The notes below the pieces were generated by a model that did not search any database, had not been told where the DNA came from, and saw only the letters and a list, made by a program, of their open reading frames with translations. Positions 36,762 to 45,328 of a stretch of 64,000 bases of DNA are shown piece after piece (position 1 is the first letter of the stretch; each line of letters opens with the position of its first letter). Origin of the DNA: Chitinophagales bacterium. Lineage in GTDB: Bacteria > Bacteroidota > Bacteroidia > Chitinophagales > JADIYW01. Position numbers and translations under genes: made by a program. The stretch is from the NCBI GenBank assembly GCA_046329815.1, contig JAXLTY010000003.1, positions 18,888-82,887 on the forward strand, read 5' to 3'.

Positions 36762-37955
36762 TTAAATGAAATTCAGGTAGTCGAATTTATCGCCGAGAAT
36801 GGTTTGGTCATTGGTATTGAGCCATTTGTTTAAAATAGTAGCATAGACATTTTTGAAATCGATATTGTATTTCAAATCGCCATCATCCAGATCCGCTAAG
36901 TTCGGCGCTTCATTAAAAATTCCTTTTTTGTTCAAACTATTTCCAAACAGGAAAATTTGGTTTGCAGTTCCGTGATCGGTGCCATTGCTTGCATTTTCAG
37001 CTACACGTCTTCCGAATTCTGAAAAGGTCATTAACAACACATCATTCGCGCGGCCACTGTTTTTCAAATCATCCATAAAAATCTTTACAGTTTCTGATAA
37101 TTGCGATAACAACTCGCCTTGTCGTTTTTGCTGATTGAAGTGTGTATCAAAGCTGCCTAAAGAAACATAATATACTTTTGTGTTCAAACCTGAAACAATA
37201 AACTCTGAAATCGTTTTCATGCTTTTTCCAAACTGATGATTCGGATAAGTTGCTGCTGACTTATATATCTTTGACGTCTGAAAAATGTATTCAGCCGACG
37301 AAATCGTTTCTGCCAAAGTCTTGTATAAATATTCTGCGTTGTCGTGCTGATGATCGCCGACTGCATGCTGCTTTGTGATCTGATCAATGAATACGTTTGA
37401 TGTAGTCGCGTATAATCTTTTCGCGTCTTTCAATGCCAAGCCTTTTGCTTTGTTTCCTTTTAACGCCAAACTTAAGGTATCATCCAATTCCAATACTTGT
37501 GTTGGCTTATCGCAATTGCTGCATTGCTCATCCAAATATCTACCCAACCAGCCGGTTGTTTTATATTCACTGCTCTTGCTGGCTGTCTGCCAAATATCCA
37601 TCGAACGAAAATGCGAACGATCCGGTTCAGGATAACCAACATTGTTAATCAAGCACATTTTTCCATCATCATATAATTTTTTAAAGCCAAGCATGTTTGG
37701 ATTCAAACCTAAATGATCGTCTAATTTCAGCACTTCATTTTTTTTAATAGCAATTTGCGGACGCGCCTTGTAGTACAAATCATTTTCGTACGGAACCACT
37801 GTATTCAAGCCATCGTTGCCACCGCTAAGCTGTATCACGACTAAAATCTTGCCGGTATTTTTTATCGGTTTCGTTTCCTGTGCTTTCAGGAAATTCGGAA
37901 CCATCATTGCTGTTGTAGCAAGTCCTGTTGTTTGTATAAATTGACGACGTTTCAT
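36762..37955 (-). CDS. DUF1501 domain-containing protein (sulfatase-like fold, Tat signal)
   Basis: 397 aa with the twin-arginine leader 'MKRRQFIQTTGLATTAMM', 'LSGGNDGLNTVVPY' and 'FSEFGRR…NGTDHG'. Paired with the DUF1800 gene as is usual. Confidence 0.85.
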   Translation of the reverse strand: MKRRQFIQTTGLATTAMMVPNFLKAQETKPIKNTGKILVVIQLSGGNDGLNTVVPYENDLYYKARPQIAIKKNEVLKLDDHLGLNPNMLGFKKLYDDGKMCLINNVGYPEPDRSHFRSMDIWQTASKSSEYKTTGWLGRYLDEQCSNCDKPTQVLELDDTLSLALKGNKAKGLALKDAKRLYATTSNVFIDQITKQHAVGDHQHDNAEYLYKTLAETISSAEYIFQTSKIYKSAATYPNHQFGKSMKTISEFIVSGLNTKVYYVSLGSFDTHFNQQKRQGELLSQLSETVKIFMDDLKNSGRANDVLLMTFSEFGRRVAENASNGTDHGTANQIFLFGNSLNKKGIFNEAPNLADLDDGDLKYNIDFKNVYATILNKWLNTNDQTILGDKFDYLNFI

Positions 37956-37985
37956 TTTATTTTTTTATCTGAATATTGATTAATA

Positions 37986-38078
37986 TGATGCTTTGTAAAC
38001 TCAGCATGACAGCGACACATTTGAGATTGCTTCGTACCTCGCAATGACGCGAAGCGTGCTTTGTAAACTCAGCATGAC
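37986..38078. repeat. R1-family repeat copy
   Basis: 'gctttgtaaactcagcatgacagcgacacatttgagattgcttcgtacctcgcaatgacgcgaagcgtgctttgtaaactcagcatgaca'. Confidence 0.8.
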
Positions 38079-38084
38079 ATAGCT

Positions 38085-39506
38085 TTAACATAACTGATAT
38101 TCCGGCAATGAGAGTACATTGACAAATGCATCTTTTATTTCCGCATTTTTGCTTGTGCTGTTACTGTTTGTTTTTATAATTTTTACTACCGATGTATTGA
38201 CTTGTTTTGACAATAACAATGCTGCTATATCATTTTCTACATCGGCTGATTTGGAAAAATACGTGTAAATATTTGTCCAGTCTGATTGTGCATTTAATTT
38301 TTTAGCTGCTAATTTTTTTACATAATTTTCCGTCATCGTCATTTGTATTTCCTGTTTCGATTCAGGTGTTATTTCTTTTGGTTCAACAGCAATTTCCCGG
38401 TCAAAATAAATTACCTGCGGCAACTGCATTCTGAACAATAATGATGAACTGTCGATCCAGTTTCTGCCACCTGGCCAGCCGGCAACATTCGGCGGATTCA
38501 ATAATATCTGTCCGAGCGCACGCTGTATAAACACTACGCTTTGATCATCTTCGAACGTTGTAGGAATCAAGCGAAACATACCTACCATTAATTCTACCGG
38601 TGATTTAATTTTTACACCAACATTCTTTTCATCATAAAACCAATCTGCCGAAAAAATTGCCTGCATTAAACTTTTAATATCATAATTCGATTGGTAAAAT
38701 TTATCTGCCAACTGCTTTACTTTTTCTTCGTCTATCGTGTCATTCACAAAAAATTTGTACAACTTCTTTGTGACAAAATAGGCGCATTCTTTTTTTGCTA
38801 AAATCATTTGCAAAATATCTTCGCCTGAGAAGTTGCCTGTCTTTCCAAAAAAAGTTTTGTAGTCGTAATCGTGCATGAATTTCCTGAATTTAAATTCACC
38901 GGTTTTATCAAAACCAAAACCAGTGAATGCGCGCGCTGCTTCTTTAACATCCTGTTCGATATAATTGCCACGACCCAACGTAAACAGTTCCATTACTTCG
39001 CGCGCAAAATTCTCGTTTGGATGATCTTTCCTGTTTTGTTGGTTGTTCAGGTATTGAAGCATTGCCGGTGTTTTGGAAATTTCATTCAGCATCGTACCAA
39101 AATTTCCTAATGCATGTTTACGAAGTATATCTACATATTGCTGATCGAAATACGGATTGGCAGAACGACACGCAAAATGTCCGTGCCAGAACAATGCCAT
39201 CTTTTCGTGTAGTTGCGCTTCATTGTTCTTCATTTCATTCAGCCATAAATTATTTAACTCAAATACATTTTGTTTGAGCATCTGCTTTAAATCTTTCTTT
39301 TCGCCTTTCGGTAAATTCTTGATTTCTTCCTGCGCTTTTTCTACTTCTGACAAAGAAATTGTCTGCAAACAGGTATGTTTCTTTGGCGTTGACAACAAAG
39401 CATCCAAACTAGTTTTAAGATTTGTTTTTGTTTGCACATCTTTCAGTGTTAAACCAAAACCGGCACGGTTGTACAAGTGTTTTATTTTATCTTTTTCGGT
39501 AAGCAT
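38085..39506 (-). CDS. DUF1800 domain-containing protein
   Basis: 473 aa with 'FWHGHFA', 'LQYLNNQQN…PNENFAREVMELFTLG' and 'PPNVAGWPGG', the family hallmarks. It lies upstream of the DUF1501 gene. Confidence 0.85.
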   Translation of the reverse strand: MLTEKDKIKHLYNRAGFGLTLKDVQTKTNLKTSLDALLSTPKKHTCLQTISLSEVEKAQEEIKNLPKGEKKDLKQMLKQNVFELNNLWLNEMKNNEAQLHEKMALFWHGHFACRSANPYFDQQYVDILRKHALGNFGTMLNEISKTPAMLQYLNNQQNRKDHPNENFAREVMELFTLGRGNYIEQDVKEAARAFTGFGFDKTGEFKFRKFMHDYDYKTFFGKTGNFSGEDILQMILAKKECAYFVTKKLYKFFVNDTIDEEKVKQLADKFYQSNYDIKSLMQAIFSADWFYDEKNVGVKIKSPVELMVGMFRLIPTTFEDDQSVVFIQRALGQILLNPPNVAGWPGGRNWIDSSSLLFRMQLPQVIYFDREIAVEPKEITPESKQEIQMTMTENYVKKLAAKKLNAQSDWTNIYTYFSKSADVENDIAALLLSKQVNTSVVKIIKTNSNSTSKNAEIKDAFVNVLSLPEYQLC

Positions 39507-39540
39507 GTTGTTTAGACTATAAAAAGATGAAATGGTTTAA

Positions 39541-39576
39541 TAAAAAAATAGCGGCTCACTAAAGTGAGCCGCTATT
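39541..39576 (-). terminator. Rho-independent terminator
   Basis: Perfect 12-bp stem atagcggctcac/gtgagccgctat, followed by T7 on the minus strand. Confidence 0.8.
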
Positions 39577-39596
39577 ATAGCATATTTTATTACTTC

Positions 39597-40052
39597 TTAC
39601 ATTCCATCATCGTCGTTATCGACTGGTTTCGTACCGTTTTTCAATTTCACTTTTTTGTTCAATTCTTTTTGATCACGCCATGCCTGCCATGCCGCTTTTT
39701 GTTCAGCAGTCAGCAATGCTTCAATGGACGCTTTTCTTGTTTTTTGTAACGTTTTAGTTTGTTGTTTGTACTGTGGTTTGTTTGCCACTACGGTATCTGC
39801 TTTTGCAGCAGCACGTATAGCATCACGCTTCGTGTAGAAATCTTTGTTGATCGCGAAAACCTGCTCATATTGAGTCGTTGTTAACTTTAATACATTTTTC
39901 AATGTATCTGTAAAATCTTTCGCTCGCGTGTCGGCAGACGCTGTCGTTCCTTTGAACGATTTTCCTTTGTTCTTGCCCGGTTGTGCCTGGATCGTGCATG
40001 TCATTGCTGCAATAAGTATTGCGAATGTGAATAGCTTTTTAAATTTGTACAT
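39597..40052 (-). CDS. Periplasmic LTXXQ-motif (Spy/CpxP-like) protein, tandem paralog 1
   Basis: The start at MYKFKKLFTFAILIAAMTCTIQA gives a signal peptide. Motifs are 'LKLTTTQYEQVFAINKDFY' and 'LLTAEQKAAWQAWR'. Confidence 0.7.
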   Translation of the reverse strand: MYKFKKLFTFAILIAAMTCTIQAQPGKNKGKSFKGTTASADTRAKDFTDTLKNVLKLTTTQYEQVFAINKDFYTKRDAIRAAAKADTVVANKPQYKQQTKTLQKTRKASIEALLTAEQKAAWQAWRDQKELNKKVKLKNGTKPVDNDDDGM

Positions 40053-40208
40053 TTTAAGATTATTTTTTTTATTAGATTCAAATATTACACCAAAGTTTAA
40101 CAAGCGAAATTTTAATTTCTAAAATTAGGTTATTTTACACATATTTTAACAAGTGCACAAGTGCCGCTTAGATTTAAGCGGCACTTCTGTAAATTGTGTC
40201 TTATATGG

Positions 40209-40649
40209 TTACATGATCTCTACTGCATCCAGTTCATCATCAGAAATAACTTCATCTGATGTTCTTTTTTCCATTAACTGCTGGCGATTTTGCTTGCGCC
40301 ATGTTCTATATAATTCTGCCTGGTATTCATTCAGCGACAAAGCAACTTCTATTCTGCGTTCTTTAAATAAGGCAGCCATCTTTGGTTTGAATGCATTTTC
40401 CGATGCATTGGATGTTTGCTGAATTTCTGCGCGCAATGCATCTCTTTTGACAAAAAAATCTTTATTGATCACTAATACTTTCTGGTATTGTTCCGGCGAT
40501 AAACTTACTATCTGATTCAATTTGTCGGTTGCTTTTGCTGCGCGTTCTTCAACAGATAATTGTTTTATTGCCGCTATTCCGTTTTGTGCATTTGCCTGCA
40601 TTGCACCAATCAACAATAACATGATGAATATGAATCTGATCTTTTCCAT
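40209..40649 (-). CDS. Periplasmic LTXXQ-motif protein, tandem paralog 2
   Basis: 146 aa with a signal peptide, 'VSLSPEQYQKVLVINKDFF' and 'LSLNEYQAELYRTWR'. Confidence 0.7.
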   Translation of the reverse strand: MEKIRFIFIMLLLIGAMQANAQNGIAAIKQLSVEERAAKATDKLNQIVSLSPEQYQKVLVINKDFFVKRDALRAEIQQTSNASENAFKPKMAALFKERRIEVALSLNEYQAELYRTWRKQNRQQLMEKRTSDEVISDDELDAVEIM

Positions 40650-40734
40650 ATGAAAATTTTTATTCGTAAATACATTTTGATTTTTAAAGTTAGCGAAAAT
40701 TTTCGATGCTATTGACTTTCTGCTGTTATAAAAT

Positions 40735-40775
40735 AAAAAAGCCGTTTCATGCTATTATGAAACGGCTTTTTATTA
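40735..40775 (-). terminator. Bidirectional terminator hairpin
   Basis: Stem aaaagccgtttca/tgaaacggctttt. Confidence 0.75.
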
Positions 40776-40787
40776 TACACGCACTCA

Positions 40788-41252
40788 TTATTGCGGCTCA
40801 TTCAAATCGATATCATCATCTTCCAATCTTGCAGGTTTTGCTGCCTTCGCGCCTGTTTTACCGTTTTTAGGCGCATGTGATTTTTTCCATGATTTCCACG
40901 CTAACTTTTGTTCCGGTGTCAACAATGTATTGATCGCTTTTTTTCGCGCTTCGTATGCTTTTTTGATCTGCTCTTTATAAACCGCATGATTAGCTGCAAC
41001 CGTATCTGTTTTCTGCGCTTTCATCGCAGCATCTCTTGCCTTGAAGAAATCGATGTTGATCAACAACACATTTGAATACTGAACGTCTGTCAGGTTAAGT
41101 CTTATTTTTAAAGAATCCGTGTTGCGTGTTGCTTTTTGCTCAATCGTTTGTTTTGGCATTTTCGGTTTTACTTTTGCATTATTTTGTGCAAACGTGCTTG
41201 CAGCAAATACTGTCAGCATTGCTACAAAAAGGAACTGAATGTACTTTTTCAT
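40788..41252 (-). CDS. Periplasmic LTXXQ-motif protein, tandem paralog 3
   Basis: 154 aa with a signal peptide, 'LNLTDVQYSNVLLINIDFF' and 'LLTPEQKLAWKSWK'. Confidence 0.7.
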   Translation of the reverse strand: MKKYIQFLFVAMLTVFAASTFAQNNAKVKPKMPKQTIEQKATRNTDSLKIRLNLTDVQYSNVLLINIDFFKARDAAMKAQKTDTVAANHAVYKEQIKKAYEARKKAINTLLTPEQKLAWKSWKKSHAPKNGKTGAKAAKPARLEDDDIDLNEPQ

Positions 41253-41429
41253 GTGTTTAATTTTATTGTTTAAAAAAGGTGTATATGGATTTCGCGCATT
41301 TTACATTTCTGATTAGTGCACTAACTCTCATGCTTATTTCATTTTTTTATTTTGATTATTAATTACTAATTAGATGAAAAATGCTTGCCAAAGTTAAATG
41401 CGTTACTGATAAAAATTTGTTAAACTATT

Positions 41430-41792
41430 TTAATATTGCAAGGTAGTAAGCAACACCAGTGTGCATGCTTCCAACGGCTGGATGTTGTTATCAAAACACA
41501 ATTGTTCCAGTTCCGGATTTTCTGTTCCAGGATTGAAGATAACGCGTTTCAGTTTTAAGGAAAGTATATAATTATAGTATTCTTTCTGGCGTTGCGGATT
41601 TACATACAGCGTAACGGTATCTATGTTTTCATAGGTTTTCCAATCCGTTTCAATCGGAATATTTTCAATCATCGCATGTTCAAAGCCGAGCGCAATCACA
41701 TCGTGACCGCCTTTATGCAGCATGCGCACAGCGCGGTTACTGTACCTGTCTTGTTTTGCACTTGCGCCGATAACTACTGTTTTCTTGTTCAT
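41430..41792 (-). CDS. CoA-binding domain protein (YccU/YneT-like)
   Basis: 120 aa with 'KKTVVIGASAKQDRYSNRAVRML…G…V…NP'. Confidence 0.75.
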   Translation of the reverse strand: MNKKTVVIGASAKQDRYSNRAVRMLHKGGHDVIALGFEHAMIENIPIETDWKTYENIDTVTLYVNPQRQKEYYNYILSLKLKRVIFNPGTENPELEQLCFDNNIQPLEACTLVLLTTLQY

Positions 41793-41801
41793 TGTCTGTT
41801 G

Positions 41802-43630
41802 CTAATCTAAACTGAGTTCAAACTTCTTTATTAATTCCAACACCGCAGGATTGTTGTCAATCATTTCTTTCAACCGGTCTTTCGGTGTTTTATAATTTTT
41901 GACCGCTTCTTCTTTTCTATCCAACACAAACTTCAGATGTACGGTTGACGATGTTGTTTTTTTGATAAAATAAGAAACGATGTCTATTTTATGCAGTTGT
42001 AACAATTCCAGTGAGATATTGTTTGTTTCGATGAAAGTGATTTCATCGTTTAATAATTTTGGCGTTTGTCTTTCCGCAACGCTTAAGAAAGCATTCTGCA
42101 ACTTGCTGCTATTTTCCGTTAAAAAGTCTTTCCACAACACCAATAAAGAATCTTCATTCAGTTCTACTTTCTTTTCTTTGTTTTCGATAACAACATCCTG
42201 ATGAATATCTTTCAGCATGTTGCCCATCGAAGACGATTTTGGCAACTCGCGTTTAGGTTTTGGAGTCGTAAGTGGTGAGTCGTGAGTCGTAAGTGATTTA
42301 TCTACAGAAACGATTTCCTGTTTATCTTCTTTTTTAGTTTCTTCAATGGAAACTGTAGTGTTTACAGCTACCTTGGACTCGGTTATTTCTTTCTCTGTTT
42401 TTAATTCAGAGAAAAATAAATCTTCGTCCGCCAGTTGAATGCCATATTTCTGCCGGTTTCTTTTCTCTTTATAAAATTCAAGAAGTGCTTTTAGTTTTTT
42501 TTTTCACCGAGCAAAATAGAAAGCGTGTTTTCTATCTGTGTGTTTAAGAAGCATATTTTAAGCAACGCCAATTCCACCAATAAACGTTTGTTTTTGGCTG
42601 TCTTGTAATCGATGTCGCATTTGTTTACCGTAGTCAGTGCATTCAGTAAAAAAGTATCGTTTACTAAAGATGATTGCTGATGATATTTATCTTTTATATC
42701 GTCGGCAGCTTCAAGTAAATGCACTGTTTTTTCTTCTTTGCAAATCAATAAGTTTCTGAAATGCTCTGCCATTCCTACCAAAAACATTTCGCCATCAAAA
42801 CCATTGTTTACGATCTCGTTGTATGCATTCAAGACAGCCGCAGCATCTTCCGTCATAAAATATTCCGTGATCTTAAAATAATAATCGTGATCTAAAATAT
42901 TCAAATTCGAAATCACATCCTGATACGATACTTTTTTGCCTGCGTAACTTACAATTTTATCAAACAACGACAACGCATCGCGCAAACCACCATCGGCTTT
43001 TTGTGCAATGACATGCAGCGCAGACGGCTCGGCTGTAACACCTTCGCTGTCGCAAATTTTTTGTAATTGTTTTACAATGTCTTTATCGGAAATGCGTTTG
43101 AAATCGAAGATCTGGCAACGCGACAAAATGGTTGGAATAATTTTGTGTTTTTCTGTAGTCGCTAAAATGAAAATCGCGTAGCTTGGCGGCTCTTCCAGTG
43201 TTTTCAGGAATGCATTGAATGCACCGCTTGACAACATATGCACCTCATCAATAATATAGACTTTGTATTTTCCGGATTGCGGCGCAAAACGCACCTGATC
43301 GACCAACTGACGAATATCATCGACACTGTTGTTGGATGCAGCATCTAATTCAAAAATATTGAACGACGCGTTTTGCGAGAACGACACGCAGGAATTACAT
43401 TCGTTGCACGGCTCGAAATCGGTTCCGGGATTTTCGCAGTTGATGGCTTTCGCCAAAATACGCGCGCAGGTGGTTTTACCAACGCCACGCGGTCCGCAAA
43501 ACAGGAAAGACTGCGCCAGCTTGCCAGTGGACAGCGCTTTTTTCAGCGTATCAGACACTTGTTCCTGACCGACCACATCCAAGAATTTGGCCGGACGGTA
43601 TTTACGCGCCGAAACGATGAAATTTTCCAT
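41802..43630 (-). CDS. dnaX: DNA polymerase III subunit tau, full length only if a -1 shift (or one extra A) occurs in the A10 run at 42495-42504
   Basis: The N-terminal 0-frame ORF (42491..43630) carries the clamp-loader AAA+ motifs (GPRGVGKTT, DEVHML, SRC). The -1 frame is open with no stop from the A-run through 42246-42494 into track ORF 41802..42245. Own translation: …KKKLKALLEFYKEKRNRQKYGIQLADEDLFFSELKTEKE…PKPKRELPKSSSMGNMLKD…. Confidence 0.75.
42491..43630 (-). CDS. dnaX: DnaX 0-frame product (gamma-like, domains I-III, 379 aa)
   Basis: The ORF ends …LGEKKN* (GGT GAA AAA AAA AAC TAA), directly after the homopolymer. Confidence 0.85.
   Translation of the reverse strand: MENFIVSARKYRPAKFLDVVGQEQVSDTLKKALSTGKLAQSFLFCGPRGVGKTTCARILAKAINCENPGTDFEPCNECNSCVSFSQNASFNIFELDAASNNSVDDIRQLVDQVRFAPQSGKYKVYIIDEVHMLSSGAFNAFLKTLEEPPSYAIFILATTEKHKIIPTILSRCQIFDFKRISDKDIVKQLQKICDSEGVTAEPSALHVIAQKADGGLRDALSLFDKIVSYAGKKVSYQDVISNLNILDHDYYFKITEYFMTEDAAAVLNAYNEIVNNGFDGEMFLVGMAEHFRNLLICKEEKTVHLLEAADDIKDKYHQQSSLVNDTFLLNALTTVNKCDIDYKTAKNKRLLVELALLKICFLNTQIENTLSILLGEKKN
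42495..42504 (-). other. A10 homopolymer: candidate recoding (ribosomal -1 frameshift or transcriptional slippage) site, or a homopolymer length error
   Basis: Ten consecutive T on the plus strand (A10 in the mRNA sense), with the 0-frame stop 1 codon downstream. Confidence 0.6.
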
Positions 43631-43821
43631 GCTGCAATATTACTAAAACGTTCAAGGTTTTAAAAACAATGAAGGTTTTAGTTTTGAACAAAAAGTAAGG
43701 TTGTTAGAAATTATGTATTGTTACAAGTTTATCTAATGGTTGGTATCCTTACCAACCATCATATTTCTGTTGGTGAGACACCAACCGATAGAAAATTAAA
43801 CTCATGCCATTGTTTTTTACT

Positions 43822-44274
43822 TCAAAATTTAATTTCAATAAACTGATTACCTTCCTTAAAAAACTCGATGCAATGTCTAGTTAAGTAAGCACAGACTCTG
43901 TTATATTGAGTCTCATTTTTGTATTTAGTTGCATCTATAAATGCTGCAATATCTTTAAAATCTGTTTGGAAGAAATAAAATCTGTTTGGTGTATAAATTT
44001 TAAAAAAATCTTCTTTAAGATAAAAGTCCATAGTTAAGACATAGGTATTATAATAAAAACCATCTGTATCACAAAAATCATTATCTGAATCAAATGCAGG
44101 ATTTCTTCTCTGTTTAAAGTGCCTGGAAAAGAAATTGAAATCTGCTGCTGTTGCTTTCTTCTTAAAATCATCTACTAGCATCAAATCAACCATCGGAAAA
44201 GCATATTCATCTATGCTGTATATTGTAAAATTTACGTTCAACTCGTTATTTTCCTGATTTAATTCTATTGTCAT
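43822..44274 (-). CDS. Hypothetical protein (150 aa), third gene of the methyltransferase/DUF262-HNH operon
   Basis: The track ORF is 43822..44376. The start at MTIELNQENN (44274) overlaps the upstream gene's end by 29 nt. AT-rich. No motif recognised. Confidence 0.5.
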   Translation of the reverse strand: MTIELNQENNELNVNFTIYSIDEYAFPMVDLMLVDDFKKKATAADFNFFSRHFKQRRNPAFDSDNDFCDTDGFYYNTYVLTMDFYLKEDFFKIYTPNRFYFFQTDFKDIAAFIDATKYKNETQYNRVCAYLTRHCIEFFKEGNQFIEIKF

Positions 44275-45328
44275 GCTTACACAACATTTGACAATTTTCG
44301 GCTGTCGTTTTTCCGCCTTCGTGCCAAGGTGTGATGTGATCGGCTTCCATTTCGTTAAGTTCAAAAGTAACTCCACATTTTACACAAACACCTTTTTGTC
44401 TTTCATATGCTTCTCGTTTTTGTTTGTCGGTAAAAGCTCTGATACTTAAATATTTTTCATTGCGTGTCAATACATATTCATAAATACCAGACTTTTTAGT
44501 TACGTCTTCGTCTTGCATTAAATGTGTTATTTCTTCTTCTAATTTTTTTGCATCAAAATTTTGGTCTTTGTAATTGTTGTAAAGAAAACCATAATTTATG
44601 CCTTTCATTTCTTTACGATATTTTGGAAAAACTACTTTTATCCAATTCATCAAACTTGTAAAGTATAACCACAATTCACTTGCATTTGGCTTGTGTTGGT
44701 TTTCAGCCATATATTGCTCAATGTTGTCTTTGCTTATCCAACTAATTACAGTTTCTAAATAATCTTGTCGAATAGGCGAACCTGTCATATAATCGTTTCC
44801 AATGTTGTAAGCTGGACAACCTGTTTTACTGAAATACTTTTTAGCTTCTGTTAGCCAAGTGCCTGTGTAAATAGCATTTCTAAGTTCTTGATTAGTGAGT
44901 TTTTCGCCTGCAATATTTATGGTTTTAAACCAATCTAGCTTTTCTTTATCATTTCCTTCGCAGAAATAAACCATGAGTTTATAATCTAATATTTGCTCTT
45001 GTTCTACATCTGTAAGATTATGGAAATACATCGCATTTAAAGAAAATGTTCCTGTTGCATATTCGCAAATACTAATGGTTCTTTGTTGTCCATCTAAAAC
45101 CTCGTAAGTATCATCTTCATTTTTTACCCAATACATTACATTTAAAGGGAAATTCTTTTGCACGGTTTCAATTACCGAATCGCGTTGTTTATCTTTGTAA
45201 ACAAATTCGCGTTGATATTTTGGACGAATATTTAGTTTACCACTATAACCAACCACACCTTCTTCGTTGTTGTTAATATAACCATTTACAACTTCACTAA
45301 TTTTTATTTCTTTAAGTTCTATTTTCAT
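44246..45328 (-). CDS. DUF262 (ParB-like/GmrSD N-terminal type) domain protein fused to a C-terminal HNH endonuclease motif
   Basis: 360 aa with 'RPKYQREFVY…VLDGQQRTISI' (DUF262 DGQQR signature). The C-terminus 'CVKCG…EADHITPWHEGGKTTAENCQMLCKHDN' is an HNH motif with zinc-ribbon cysteines. Confidence 0.85.
   Translation of the reverse strand: MKIELKEIKISEVVNGYINNNEEGVVGYSGKLNIRPKYQREFVYKDKQRDSVIETVQKNFPLNVMYWVKNEDDTYEVLDGQQRTISICEYATGTFSLNAMYFHNLTDVEQEQILDYKLMVYFCEGNDKEKLDWFKTINIAGEKLTNQELRNAIYTGTWLTEAKKYFSKTGCPAYNIGNDYMTGSPIRQDYLETVISWISKDNIEQYMAENQHKPNASELWLYFTSLMNWIKVVFPKYRKEMKGINYGFLYNNYKDQNFDAKKLEEEITHLMQDEDVTKKSGIYEYVLTRNEKYLSIRAFTDKQKREAYERQKGVCVKCGVTFELNEMEADHITPWHEGGKTTAENCQMLCKHDNRIKSGK

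Noticed and set aside
43738-43790. Two hairpins with ggttggt/accaacc stems downstream of the R-M-like operon, considered as possible att sites or island boundaries.
   Set aside because: There is no matching direct repeat at the other end of the island that I could find by eye. They are more simply terminators of the operon. They are mentioned only in the island finding.
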